A stretch of DNA of 64,000 nt from Streptomyces humicola. Its GTDB lineage: Bacteria > Actinomycetota > Actinomycetes > Streptomycetales > Streptomycetaceae. Location of the stretch: positions 15,689 through 79,688 of the forward strand of contig NZ_JANFNG010000001.1 in assembly GCF_024436035.1 (NCBI RefSeq), written 5' to 3'. Shown here one piece after another: positions 10,997-21,175 of this stretch. Position 1 is the stretch's first letter, and each line of letters begins with the position of its first letter. The position numbers and the translations under genes are program-made. Under the pieces are notes generated by a model. It was not told the DNA's origin and made no database searches. It worked only from the letters and a program-made list of their open reading frames with translations.

Positions 10997-11139
10997 CTGA
11001 GGTGCGATGCCTTTCTCTTCGGGCAGCTCAGCGCACACCATCTCCACCCGCACCGGGCCGCCGCCCGGCCCTTTGAGGCCGGACCGCCCCACCACCGGCA
11101 CCCTCCTCGACGAGCACGGATCGGTACATGGACCGGCGG

Positions 11140-14025
11140 TCAGGCCGGAGGCAGCGGCTGCTCGGCCCAGATGACCTTGCCTTGAGCGGTGTAGCGGGCA
11201 CCCCAGCGTTGGGCGAGCTGGGCGACGAGGAACAGGCCACGGCCGCCTTCGTCGGTTGCGGCGGCTTGGCGTAGGTGAGGGGAGGTGCAACTGGTGTCGG
11301 AGACCTCGCAGACAAGCGTCCGGTCGCGCAGCAGGCGCACCTGGATGGGGCCGGTTGCGTGGCGGATGGCGTTGGTGAGCAGCTCGCTGAGGATCAGTTC
11401 GGTGGTGAAACAGATCTCCTGCAGTTCCCAGATGGCGAGCTGCTGGGTGACCGCAGCACGAATGTCGGGCACGATGGCCGGGTCGGCGGGGAGGTCGTCC
11501 CAGCAGGCGATGTCGAACGGATCCAGACCGTGCGGTCGTACGACAAGCAAGGTGACGTCATCATCGCTTGGTTGGGACGACGGCAGCCCTTCGATAACGG
11601 CCAGGCAGGTCTCCTCCGGCGAGCGGTGAGGCCGGCCAAGAGTCCGGCGGAGATCCTCCAGAGCGATCTCTATGGATCGCTCGCGGTCCTCCACGAGCCC
11701 GTCGGTGTAAAGGACCAGTTGGCTGGCGTCCGGCAGTTCGATTTCGGCCGACTCGAACGGGAATCCACCCAGGCCGAGCGGCGGCCCGGCGGGAAGCTCG
11801 GGAAATGTCACCGTCCCGTCGGGCTCGACGAGCGCCGGCGGAAGGTGTCCCGCACGAGCCAGTCTGCAACGCCGGGACGTCGGATCGTAGATCGCGTAGA
11901 GGCAGGTGGCTCCCACGAACACGTCTGCCTCGCTCTCCTCCCTGGCCATCTGGTCGACCAGGTCGTCGAGGTGCGCGAGCAGTTCGTCCGGGGACAGTTC
12001 GAACGTCGAAAAGTTGCGCACGGCAGTGCGCAGACGCCCCATGGCCGCTGCGGCATGGACGCCGTGGCCGACCACGTCGCCGACGACCATGGCAACGCGG
12101 GTTCCCGACAGGGGTATGACATCGAACCAGTCACCACCGACTCCGGCGTGTGCGGGCAGGTAACGGTGAGCGACTTCCAAGGCATTCTGTTCGGGTAGGC
12201 CCCGGGGGAGCAGGCTGCGCTGAAGGGTGAGGGCCAAGGTGTGCTCGCGGGTATAGCGGCGCGCGTTGTCGATGCAGACGGCGGCGAAGGCGACCAGCTC
12301 CGACGCGACGCAGAGATCGTCGTCTTCGAAAGGTACCGAGCTTTGCGAACGGTAGAAACTGGCCACCCCCAGGGCCACTCCGCGCGCGCTCAGAGGGACG
12401 GCGATGAGGGAATGGAATCCCTGGTCGAGGATCGCTCCGGCGCGTATCAGGTCCTGGGCTGCCCAACCGCCCGCTGCCTTCAGGTCCGGCTCGATCGCCG
12501 GCGAACCGCACGCCAGGCACCTGGCCTGCGGTGTGCTGGGGGCGAAGCTGACCTGCTCACCCGCGGCATAGAAGAGGGAACTGTCCCGCCCGCCCACGGC
12601 AGCACGGTGCAACATCGCGATCGTGGCTGAGGGCTCGTCCCCGCAGAGCACGGAAGGGTACAGATCGACGGTGACGACATCGGCGAAGTTTTCGATCACC
12701 ACCTCAGTCAGTTCTTCGGAGGTACGGGCCACATCCAGGGTGGTGCCGATATGGCGGACGGACTCGCGAAGCAGCTCCAGGCGGCTGCGAGCCGCGAGGA
12801 CGAGCCTGCCGACGCCGGGCTCGCCAACGGCCAGCAGCGATCTGGAGTGGCGCCCAACGACCCCGTCGGCCACTGAGGCGACGGTGGGAGCGGAGGACGC
12901 AGACCCAGGGGCCCTGGCCGTCTCGTGCCCGTCGATCCTCGACAAGGGCGTCGATATGGAATCGGGCAAGTCACCCGTCGTGAATACTGTGGCGCAGGCA
13001 GGGATGACCACCTCGACCGAGACACCCTCGGATGCGTCCGCCACCGGCCGGGCCAGGAGGGTGGCCGCGCGACCGCCGGACAGCGGCACTTCGATGGCGG
13101 CCCTTCGACCAGAGGCGATCAGCTCTGCCGCCTTCTCCTCCACGATGAGCCGGTCGGAGCCGTTCGGTATGCCGTCGGTCGGGGCACCGAGGTCGATCCG
13201 CCTTCTCCCCTCGAAGGCGGATAGCCGCGCGCGGCGTTCGGCCTCCAGGTATGCCTGCAGCAGGGCACGCTCGCGATCCGTCGTCTGTGACAGCAACCTC
13301 CGTTCGATCGCGAGGCCTGCTTTCCGGGCCATGGCTTCCAACGTCGGGGCGAATTCGGTTCTCCGGGACGCAAAGTCCAGGACACCGACGATGCGTCCGC
13401 TCAGCGGGTCGTGCACCGGAACGGCCACGCAGCTTTCCACCGTCCATGCATCTGCGAAGTGCTCATGACCGTGGACGCGAGAAATGCTCCGCTCCACGAG
13501 TGCGAGGCCGATGGAATTGGTACCGGCGAGCGACTCGTGGAAGCTGAAGCCGGGTGCGCTACCGCCGACCTCCTCCAGATATTTGGTTACCCGCGGTTCG
13601 CCGGCCAGGCATCCGAGTACCACGCCATCGCCGTCGGTGAGGGTCACCGTCACCCACGCACCCGCAATCGCCGTTGCCAATGTGTCGAGCACAGGCTGCG
13701 CCGCGCGAACAAAATCGGTGTCCAGGTCGGGTTCTCCCTGGTAGGTGGACTCGACGCCTGCTGGCGTAAGACCCAGGGATTGGCAGCGGCGCCACGAAGA
13801 CAAGATTGCGCTGCGCACCCGGGCGACTACCGGCTCACCCGCAAGGAACCGCTCACGGCCGCGCGCGACGAACTCGTCGCCCCGATTGTCGTGCGCCACA
13901 TGGATCACTTCCCACTCGTGGAAGTTTCGGCGGTCGTACAGTCCAGCACTTAACAGGCGAGGACGCAGGTGAACGGCATTCCGGGCGAATATATCCCGTT
14001 CAATCGAACGGGGAAAGTCCTCCAC
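11140..14025 (-). CDS. multi-domain signalling protein: GAF domains + PP2C/SpoIIE phosphatase + C-terminal HATPase (anti-sigma-factor kinase-like)
   Basis: AcoR-like GAF N-terminus. PP2C motifs (GGDWFDVIPL, VGDVVGHGVHAAAAMGRLR). C-terminal ELLTNAIRHA...GRGLFLV HATPase_c. Confidence 0.75.
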   Translation of the reverse strand: MEDFPRSIERDIFARNAVHLRPRLLSAGLYDRRNFHEWEVIHVAHDNRGDEFVARGRERFLAGEPVVARVRSAILSSWRRCQSLGLTPAGVESTYQGEPDLDTDFVRAAQPVLDTLATAIAGAWVTVTLTDGDGVVLGCLAGEPRVTKYLEEVGGSAPGFSFHESLAGTNSIGLALVERSISRVHGHEHFADAWTVESCVAVPVHDPLSGRIVGVLDFASRRTEFAPTLEAMARKAGLAIERRLLSQTTDRERALLQAYLEAERRARLSAFEGRRRIDLGAPTDGIPNGSDRLIVEEKAAELIASGRRAAIEVPLSGGRAATLLARPVADASEGVSVEVVIPACATVFTTGDLPDSISTPLSRIDGHETARAPGSASSAPTVASVADGVVGRHSRSLLAVGEPGVGRLVLAARSRLELLRESVRHIGTTLDVARTSEELTEVVIENFADVVTVDLYPSVLCGDEPSATIAMLHRAAVGGRDSSLFYAAGEQVSFAPSTPQARCLACGSPAIEPDLKAAGGWAAQDLIRAGAILDQGFHSLIAVPLSARGVALGVASFYRSQSSVPFEDDDLCVASELVAFAAVCIDNARRYTREHTLALTLQRSLLPRGLPEQNALEVAHRYLPAHAGVGGDWFDVIPLSGTRVAMVVGDVVGHGVHAAAAMGRLRTAVRNFSTFELSPDELLAHLDDLVDQMAREESEADVFVGATCLYAIYDPTSRRCRLARAGHLPPALVEPDGTVTFPELPAGPPLGLGGFPFESAEIELPDASQLVLYTDGLVEDRERSIEIALEDLRRTLGRPHRSPEETCLAVIEGLPSSQPSDDDVTLLVVRPHGLDPFDIACWDDLPADPAIVPDIRAAVTQQLAIWELQEICFTTELILSELLTNAIRHATGPIQVRLLRDRTLVCEVSDTSCTSPHLRQAAATDEGGRGLFLVAQLAQRWGARYTAQGKVIWAEQPLPPA

Positions 14026-14233
14026 CGATCAGGCGATCCTTCCTCTCACCTGCATGGATGGACTTTTCGGCCCCCACAACGTCGCGGGCGTCCGCAAGGC
14101 TCTCGTCGACCAGGGTTCAGCCGTCGCTGACCACGGTGCCGCTCTCGGCATCGAGTGGAGATCGTCGAGCCGAACCCGCAGCCGGTCGGCTTCGTGCCAC
14201 AGCTTCGATGCGACAGGATCCGTGCGAATGTGG

Positions 14234-16351
14234 TCAGTTGGCTCGTCCCGGGGGGTGTCCTCCGCTGGGGGCGAAGGGTTGTGCGTGGGCGATGAGCAAG
14301 GCGACGTCGTCGTGGTCCTCGGGGCTTCGGAGTTCTCGAAGGAGCCGGTCACAGGTGTCCTCCAGGAGCCGGTCGGGGGCGTCGAGCAGGTGGAGGAGGG
14401 CTTCGAGGCGCTGGTCAATGGGGTGGTGGCGGGTTTCGACGAGGCCGTCGGTGTACAAGACGAGCCTGTCGCCGGGGTCGAGGCGGAAAGTGGTGGTCTC
14501 AAAGAGGACACCGCCCAGTCCCAGCGGCGCGCCGGTGGGAAGATCGAGCAGTTCGGGATCCTTGCCACCGCGTATGAGAGCGGGTGGCAGGTGTCCGGCG
14601 GTGGCGATGCGACACCTGGCGGTGTGTGGATCGTAGACGGAGTAGCAGCAGGTGGCGATGTAGTTCTCCAGACCTGTGGTGATCCTGTCCAGGTGATGGA
14701 GCACGTCGGCCGGGTCGAGATCGAGGTCGGCGAAGGCGCGGGTGGCAGTGCGCAGGCGTCCCATGGTGGCAGCGGCGTCGATGCCGCTGCCCATCACGTC
14801 GCCTACCACGAGGGCGGTCTTGTCTGCGTCGAGAGGGATGACGTCGTACCAATCGCCGCCGACCTCATAGGCGGCCTGCGCGGGCAAGTACCGTGAGGCG
14901 ACTACCAGGCCAGGGTGACGAGGCGGATGTTCCGGAAGCAGGCTGCGCTGCAGGGTCTCGGCGGCGTTACGCACGCTCTGGTACCAGCGGGCGTTGTCGA
15001 TGCACACCGCCGCGCGGGAGGCAAGCTCACATGCGAGGGTGAGATCGTCCTGGTCGAGCGGCCGCGGATTGCGGGCACGCGCGAGGCCGAGGAAGCCCAG
15101 GACCTCACCGCGGGCGATGAGCGGAACCGCCAGGTAGGAGTGAATCCCGGCTCGCGCAAGGAGGGCGGCGGCGTCGGAGTCACGGGCGATGCGGGCCAGG
15201 TCTCCGTCGTCGACATGGGAGATCAGAAACGGGCAGCCGGTACGGACACAGCGAGTGGCCAGGCGGTCGGGCTCGTATGCGGCGATGTGGCCTGGCGGAT
15301 CGGCGGCCTGGACGGCTTCGGTGGAATAGGCCGCCTTCACCGCGAGCGCGCGGAACAGTGCCGGGCCGCCGCTGGGGGCAGGCGCGCGGTTGTCCAGGAC
15401 AGAGTCGAGGACATCGACTGCTGCCATGTCGGCGAGTTCTGGCACGGTGACCTCGGCCAGCTCGCAAGCGGTCTGCTCCACTTCCAAGGTGGTGCCGATA
15501 CGGGCGGAGCCGTCGGCGATCAGGGCCAGGCGTCGCCGAGCCCGGGCGGCCTCGGTGATCGCTTGGTATCGTTCAGTGACGTCAACGACCGAATCGGCCA
15601 CCCCCAGCACGTTCCCGGCGGGGTCCTCCAGTCGGTAGAACGACAGCGACCAGGCGTGGTCGTGATCCGGGTCGATGGGCGGTCGGGCGATGGTGTAGCG
15701 ATCGACCAGCGGCACGCCGGTCTCCAGGACCTTTCGCATCGCGGCCTCGAGCACGTCGACGGGCAGGCAAGGCAGGACATCGCGGTAGCGGCGGCCGAGG
15801 TGGTCCTTCGCCGGAAGGCCGTGAATCCGCTCGAGAGCGGGGTTGACGGCCACATAGCAGAGGTCGGTGTCAAGGACGGCCAGCCCGATCGGTGACTGGG
15901 AGACCAGCCGGGTGGACAACGCGAGGTCCCGCTCCACCTCGCGCAGGGTGGGCTCATCGGTGGCCAGCCCCAGGGCGTAGAAGTCCCCGCGATCATCCAG
16001 CAGCCGCATATTGCGGAATTCCACCAGGCGGGTGGTGCCGTCCTTGTGCCGGATGGGGAAGGCCCCGGCCCACGTCTCACCGCTCGCCATGACGTCGACG
16101 AACAACTTGATGATCAGATCCTGGTTCTTCTCGTGAACCAGCAACGGCGCCGCGTACTGGCCAAGCGCCTCACCGGCCGTGTAGCCGAGTAGCTCTTCGG
16201 CCTGCGGACTCCACAAGACGATGCGCCCATCAGCGTCCAACAGCACCGCGGCGACAGAGAGGAGATCCATCAGCCCGCTCGGCCGAGATGAGCCGTCCGC
16301 CGGCCGGCTGGTGTCAGTCGGACGCCTGTCGGTTGTGCTCATTGCAGGCAC
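14234..16351 (-). CDS. PAS-PAS-GAF-PP2C (SpoIIE-family) protein phosphatase
   Basis: PAS S-box blocks and a GAF region. PP2C motifs (GGDWYDVIPL, VGDVMGSGIDAAATMGRLR). Confidence 0.75.
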   Translation of the reverse strand: MPAMSTTDRRPTDTSRPADGSSRPSGLMDLLSVAAVLLDADGRIVLWSPQAEELLGYTAGEALGQYAAPLLVHEKNQDLIIKLFVDVMASGETWAGAFPIRHKDGTTRLVEFRNMRLLDDRGDFYALGLATDEPTLREVERDLALSTRLVSQSPIGLAVLDTDLCYVAVNPALERIHGLPAKDHLGRRYRDVLPCLPVDVLEAAMRKVLETGVPLVDRYTIARPPIDPDHDHAWSLSFYRLEDPAGNVLGVADSVVDVTERYQAITEAARARRRLALIADGSARIGTTLEVEQTACELAEVTVPELADMAAVDVLDSVLDNRAPAPSGGPALFRALAVKAAYSTEAVQAADPPGHIAAYEPDRLATRCVRTGCPFLISHVDDGDLARIARDSDAAALLARAGIHSYLAVPLIARGEVLGFLGLARARNPRPLDQDDLTLACELASRAAVCIDNARWYQSVRNAAETLQRSLLPEHPPRHPGLVVASRYLPAQAAYEVGGDWYDVIPLDADKTALVVGDVMGSGIDAAATMGRLRTATRAFADLDLDPADVLHHLDRITTGLENYIATCCYSVYDPHTARCRIATAGHLPPALIRGGKDPELLDLPTGAPLGLGGVLFETTTFRLDPGDRLVLYTDGLVETRHHPIDQRLEALLHLLDAPDRLLEDTCDRLLRELRSPEDHDDVALLIAHAQPFAPSGGHPPGRAN

Positions 16352-16554
16352 TCCCTTCGCCTGCCGGCAACATGCGAGCCCTCCGCCAGCTCCCTACCGC
16401 GACCTGCAGCTCAGCTGGCTTGCATCAGGTTCCATGGTCTCGCGGATCGGCCGAGCGCACAGCCCCCGGTCCAGCCGCGTCGCGCCGGAAGGCCCACCGC
16501 TCACCGTTGTGTCCTGCCGGTGGCGAGCCGCCCTTGCCGGAGCGTCTGCGCAGG

Positions 16555-16599
16555 ACTGAGGGGTCAGCCCCAGTCCGACCCCTCCGACCCCTCAGTCCT
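16555..16599 (-). terminator. stem-loop (CTGAGGGGTC ... GACCCCTCAG) directly after the small ORF stop
   Basis: 10-bp perfect inverted repeat with a ~25-nt loop, read directly from the sequence. Confidence 0.35.
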
Positions 16600-16605
16600 G
16601 GGAGC

Positions 16606-16677
16606 TCAGTAATAGCTCTTGTGGCACCGCTTGCGGCGACGACGGTGCCTGCCGTCGAGCCATCCGAAGATGCCCAT
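16606..16677 (-). CDS. 23-aa highly basic small protein (MGIFGWLDGRHRRRRKRCHKSYY)
   Basis: AGGAGG lies 8 nt upstream of the ATG. GC3-rich codons. The stop is followed at once by a 10-bp perfect inverted repeat. I translated this by hand; it is not in the ORF track. Confidence 0.3.
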   Translation of the reverse strand: MGIFGWLDGRHRRRRKRCHKSYY

Positions 16678-17001
16678 GTTCGACCTGCCTCCTGCGCATC
16701 ACCCGGTCGAGAGGATCACCCTCGTCGCATATTCGCCTACCCGCTCTGCGCGTGTGCACCAGCCGAGCTGTCCGGCCCGCCCCGGCGAACAGAGCACCGC
16801 CGCGTCACGGCGACGGTGGGGCTTTCGGAGGCCCCTCAGACGTCGGCCGGGTGCCTGGATGCCGTCCGCGCAGTCGATGTTGCCCTTGCCCTTGGCGGCG
16901 GGACACGGTAGTGGAACTGCACGGCGATCGGGTCGTGGCCGCCTTTCGTCGGCAGGTTCGGTGCGGGACGACTCAACGTCCCACACCGGGCCGCCGAGTT
17001 G

Positions 17002-18459
17002 TCACCGCCGGTGTGCCGAGGCGGCTGTTGAGCTGGGCGTCGTTTGGTATGGCGCCGTGGCGTGCTGGGCTGCGTAGAGCAGCGCGGGCTTCATCTTCGG
17101 CCAGAAGTAGCTGTCCTGGCAGGAGTACGGCGGCGTGAATCCGTCGCAGCCGCGGTTGTCGACGTCGCCGATCTCGATGGTGAAGCTGGCGAGGCCGAGC
17201 TTGTCGTAGGTCCAGTCGTCGGTACCGCCGGACGCGTCGTAGAGGATCTCGCCGGCCTGGCCGTACTGGTAGCCGGTGATCGAGCCCAGCTGGGCGGCGA
17301 TGCCGCGCAGCGCGCTGTCGTTCCCGGTGTGCACGGTGGAGTCGTACTCCCATGGGAACAGCACCATGCTGGCGTCGCTGTGCATGGTGATCATCATGCC
17401 CCGGGCGGTGTCCGGTGCCGGGTCGGTGACGCCGCTGCCGGTGCGCACCGCGGGGTACAGCTCGCGGAAGAGCCCCTCCAGCGCGGTGTTCTCGGTCTCG
17501 GAGTCCGCGGCGGGGCCGTCGTACTCCTGGTCGCACGGCTGGTGCGAGATTCCGGTGGTGTCCCAGTGGGTGCCCGCGTTGCGGTTGAGGTCGACGCCGA
17601 TCTGGCTCTCCGCGCTCGCGCCGCAGGACGAGCCATTGGTGTCGTCGGCGTTCTTGCGCTGCAGAACGGGGTTGTCACCCCCCTGTGCGACCATGTCGAC
17701 GCCGTCGGGATTGGCGTCGGGAACGACCCACATCTCGGTGGTGTCCATGAGCTTGGTGATGTCCGAGTCCTTGCCGTACTGACCCGTCAACTCGTCGATC
17801 CAGCGCCACGAGATCTCCCCGGTGGCGATCTCGCGCGCATGGATCTGGCTCATCAGGAAGAACCGCGGTTTGGCCGAGTTGGGGTTGAGCTGACAGTCCC
17901 CCTGCTGCATCTTCGTGATGCAGATGGCCTTGAGATCCTCACCGCCCTTCCCCTGCTTCTTCAGCCACGACTGCCCGTACGTCACGACTGTCGCGAGGTC
18001 CGGGTGCTGGCTGACGACCTGGTCCATGTGCGCGTACTGCGCGTCCACGGTGTGATAGCCGCCGTCGTATGTGTCGTCCACGCCGGTGGCATGGGGCTTG
18101 TCCAGCCTGAGGGGCTTCGGCTTGGGCATCGACTTGACGACCTTCGGCGAGAAGCCGAGCGTGCGCAAGCCGCTTGCGGCCGTCGAATCGCCCATCACGA
18201 ACAGGTCGTTGCCCTGCCGGTGTTCCATCAGGTCGTACCCGTCGCGCATCAGCGTCTGGGCGTCCTGCTCAAGGTGGTGCGTCCGCACCCGGTAGACGAA
18301 CACGGTGTTCTGGGTGGCGTTCTGGGCTGTGTCGCCGGCCGCCCGCGCGGGGTTGGCGTACGTGGTGACGTGGGCCGATGCGGCCTGGGGCAGTAGGGCC
18401 GCGGCGACCGCGACAACCGCTCCGGCGGCTATGCCCGCCGCCAGGCGTTTGCGTGGCAT
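17002..18459 (-). CDS. secreted M14 zinc carboxypeptidase (carboxypeptidase T-like)
   Basis: Signal peptide (MPRKRLAAGIAAGAVVAVAAALLP). M14 motif QIHAREIATGE. The start lies inside the longer ORF. Confidence 0.8.
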   Translation of the reverse strand: MPRKRLAAGIAAGAVVAVAAALLPQAASAHVTTYANPARAAGDTAQNATQNTVFVYRVRTHHLEQDAQTLMRDGYDLMEHRQGNDLFVMGDSTAASGLRTLGFSPKVVKSMPKPKPLRLDKPHATGVDDTYDGGYHTVDAQYAHMDQVVSQHPDLATVVTYGQSWLKKQGKGGEDLKAICITKMQQGDCQLNPNSAKPRFFLMSQIHAREIATGEISWRWIDELTGQYGKDSDITKLMDTTEMWVVPDANPDGVDMVAQGGDNPVLQRKNADDTNGSSCGASAESQIGVDLNRNAGTHWDTTGISHQPCDQEYDGPAADSETENTALEGLFRELYPAVRTGSGVTDPAPDTARGMMITMHSDASMVLFPWEYDSTVHTGNDSALRGIAAQLGSITGYQYGQAGEILYDASGGTDDWTYDKLGLASFTIEIGDVDNRGCDGFTPPYSCQDSYFWPKMKPALLYAAQHATAPYQTTPSSTAASAHRR

Positions 18460-18937
18460 GGGTGGGGGACCTTCCGTGGGGGGACAGGTGCCCCGCAAAT
18501 ATGGCATGCCCGCGTCACGCGCGAGAATGTGTCGTCAAAGGAGACGCACAGCTTTCGGCCGTTCGCCGACGCCGCCGGTCGGCTACTCCAGCGGTTGGTC
18601 GGTCCGGATGACCTTGCCGGTCTCGGCGTAGCGGGTGCCCCAGCGCTCCGTGAACTGGGCAACCAGGACGAACCTTCGTGTTTCGGTTCGGGCTGACTGA
18701 TCTGGGGGATCCCCGTGTTGGTGGCCGCGAGGCTGCTGTCGGAGGGCGGGCATGTCGAGGGCCCGGCGCCATGGCCGGGTGCTCCTGGGGATCCTCGGGT
18801 CGTGGGTGGTCGGTGGCGGGCTCGTCTCTCAAGTGGCCGGTCGGGGCAGTGCCGGCAGGCGGCTGAACGCCGCGTTCACGCGAGCGCCTCGCCGGGATTC
18901 CGGGGGCCGCAGGTCAGGCGGCCTGCGTGAGAGCGCC

Positions 18938-19954
18938 TCAGTACTGCTCGGTTTCGATGTACCCCGTGTCGTCGTCGGCGCCGAAGGCGCCCGCGGCAGC
19001 GGTGGTGTCGAATCCGGGCGGGCTGTCCTTGAAGGCCAGGCCCATACCGGCCAGCTTCGCCTTGACCTCGTCGATCGACTTCGCACCGAAGTTGCGGACG
19101 TCGAGCAGGTCGGCCTCGCTGCGCGCCACGAGCTCGCCCACGGAGTGGATGCCCTCGCGCTTGAGGCAGTTGTAGGAACGGACGGTCAGCTCGAGCTCCT
19201 CGATCGGCAGTGCGAGGTCAGAGGCTAGGGCGGCGTCCGTCGGGGACGGGCCCATGTCGATGCCCTCGGCGTCGATGTTGAGCTCGCGGGCGAGCCCGAA
19301 GAGCTCGACCAGCGTCTTACCGGCCGAGGCCATCGCGTCACGCGGGCGCATGGCCTGCTTGGTCTCGATGTCGAGGATCAGCTTGTCGAAGTCGGTGCGC
19401 TGCTCGACACGGGTCGCCTCGACCTTGTAGGTGACCTTGAGCGCCGGGCTGTAGATGGAGTCGACCGGGATCCGGCCGATCTCCTGGCCCTGCTGCTTGT
19501 TCTGGACCGCGGAGACGTAGCCGCGACCGCGCTCGACGGTCAGCTCCATCTCCAGCTTTCCCTTGCCGTTGAGGGTGGCGAGGACCAGGTCCGGGTTGTG
19601 CACCTCGACACCGGCCGGCGGGGCGATGTCGGCGGCGGTGACCAGACCGGGCCCCTGCTTGCGCAGGTACATCACGACCGGCTCGTCGTGCTCGGAGGAG
19701 ACGACCAGGCTCTTGATGTTGAGGATGAGGTCGGTCACGTCCTCCTTGACGCCCGGCACGGTGGTGAACTCGTGCAGCACGCCGTCGATCCGGATGCTGG
19801 TGACGGCAGCGCCGGGGATGGAGGAGAGGAGAGTGCGACGCAGGGAGTTACCGAGGGTGTAGCCGAAGCCCGGCTCCAGCGGCTCGATGACGAACCGGGA
19901 GCGGTATGCGTCCACGACCTCTTCGGTGAGAGACGGACGCTGAGCGATCAGCAT
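18938..19954 (-). CDS. rpoA: DNA-directed RNA polymerase alpha subunit
   Basis: 338 aa from [14 protein letters not shown] to the C-terminal alpha-CTD. It matches canonical actinomycete RpoA almost residue for residue. GGAGG RBS 9 nt upstream. No rpsK or rplQ neighbours. Confidence 0.9.
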   Translation of the reverse strand: MLIAQRPSLTEEVVDAYRSRFVIEPLEPGFGYTLGNSLRRTLLSSIPGAAVTSIRIDGVLHEFTTVPGVKEDVTDLILNIKSLVVSSEHDEPVVMYLRKQGPGLVTAADIAPPAGVEVHNPDLVLATLNGKGKLEMELTVERGRGYVSAVQNKQQGQEIGRIPVDSIYSPALKVTYKVEATRVEQRTDFDKLILDIETKQAMRPRDAMASAGKTLVELFGLARELNIDAEGIDMGPSPTDAALASDLALPIEELELTVRSYNCLKREGIHSVGELVARSEADLLDVRNFGAKSIDEVKAKLAGMGLAFKDSPPGFDTTAAAGAFGADDDTGYIETEQY

Positions 19955-20412
19955 GAGGTATTGCCTCCAGTTTTCGGCGCCCGCTATGTGATGCCGGTCC
20001 ACCGAGCGGTAGCCCGGTGTTGATACTGCAAGGCTACGGGCGTACGAGCTGAATAGCTTCGTACCACCCGTAATGGGGCGTGGCGAGCGCGCGACGATCT
20101 TCGTCAACCTGCGGCATCGATCGGAGTGCCAGGCGGTGGCGCGGCCGGAGCGCGATCTACCGGGCCGCCGCCCCGGGCGTCGAGGCTCATGTCCGGGTAG
20201 CGGACAGCGAACGACAAGTGGGGAGGCCATCGGCGTTCACTTCTGACTACCACGGTCACGCCTCAGTCACCGGACGCTGCTACGCGCGCAGCAGGGGGGC
20301 GTTTCATCCAGAGATGCAGGGAACGCAGAACGGCAGTCGACGATCGAAGCGTACGTTGTGCACGCCGGGCCGCACGTACCTACTGCGTCTCGGCTCGCCA
20401 CCGGAATCGTGA

Positions 20413-21018
20413 CTACTGAAAGCGGCCGCGATGCCGGGCGGCCTTGGCGCTGTTGCCGCAGCGTTGCATGGAGCACCACTTGCGGGGCTTTCCCTGAGCG
20501 GTGTCCAGATAGATCATGCGGCAGATCTCGGAGTCGCACTCTCGGAGCCGCCCTCGCAGGTCCGGGGCGGTGATCAGGGTGATCGCGTCGCGCGCGATCA
20601 CGGAGAGCAGCGCGGGAGCCGCGAGGCGGGGGCTGCCACCCGATTCGGGGAGTCCGTCCCTGCCGATGCGCAGCCTGGGTGCCGGCGGCTCGACCTGGGC
20701 CAGGCGGTTGACCAGGTCCACCGATTCCGGCTGCGGCGTGCGGCTGTGGAGGTAGGCGACGACGACGTCGTACGCGGCGGAGCGGAGGTCGTGGAGTGCG
20801 GTGACGAGCGCCGGCGTGGCGTCGTCGGGGTCGAGGGCGAGGTTGACCCCTTCGCACCAGGCTCCCAGGCGGTCGAGGCCGTCGAGTCGTTCGATCGGGG
20901 AGCTGGGCCGGCGGCCGACCGTGGCGATGAGGTTGAGCGACAGCGTGCCGCCGTCGAAGCGCAGCTCGCGAAGGCGGGCCGTGTTCCGGGTGCGGGGGGT
21001 TGATACGCCGGCGCTCAT
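20413..21018 (-). CDS. CGNR zinc-finger (ABATE domain) protein
   Basis: C-terminal CxxC...CGNSAKAARHRGR CGNR motif. Confidence 0.7.
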   Translation of the reverse strand: MSAGVSTPRTRNTARLRELRFDGGTLSLNLIATVGRRPSSPIERLDGLDRLGAWCEGVNLALDPDDATPALVTALHDLRSAAYDVVVAYLHSRTPQPESVDLVNRLAQVEPPAPRLRIGRDGLPESGGSPRLAAPALLSVIARDAITLITAPDLRGRLRECDSEICRMIYLDTAQGKPRKWCSMQRCGNSAKAARHRGRFQ

Positions 21019-21175
21019 GGCATGATAGTAACCTGAAGAACGGTTACTAAGGAAAGTGTGCGAAACCCTCACCCTGGCCGACGTCGGGGACGATCGCGGT
21101 CAGCGGGACATCCCATTGCCCCGACCACCTCGCGTGAGCCTCCTCATCCGCCTCGTTCAACCGGAAGGACGTGTC

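Noticed and set aside
10394-11290. Long N-terminal Arg/Pro-rich extension of the GMC oxidoreductase ORF (aa 1-98)
   Set aside because: Low-complexity read-through upstream of the genuine MPIATAG start, which has the FAD motif immediately after it. It overlaps the anti-sigma/PP2C gene end on the same strand. Treated as non-coding.
17044-18396. 450-aa plus-strand ORF opposite the M14 carboxypeptidase
   Set aside because: Antisense shadow ORF. The Val/Gly/Arg-rich translation lacks motifs, while the minus strand encodes an unmistakable HAREI zinc-carboxypeptidase.
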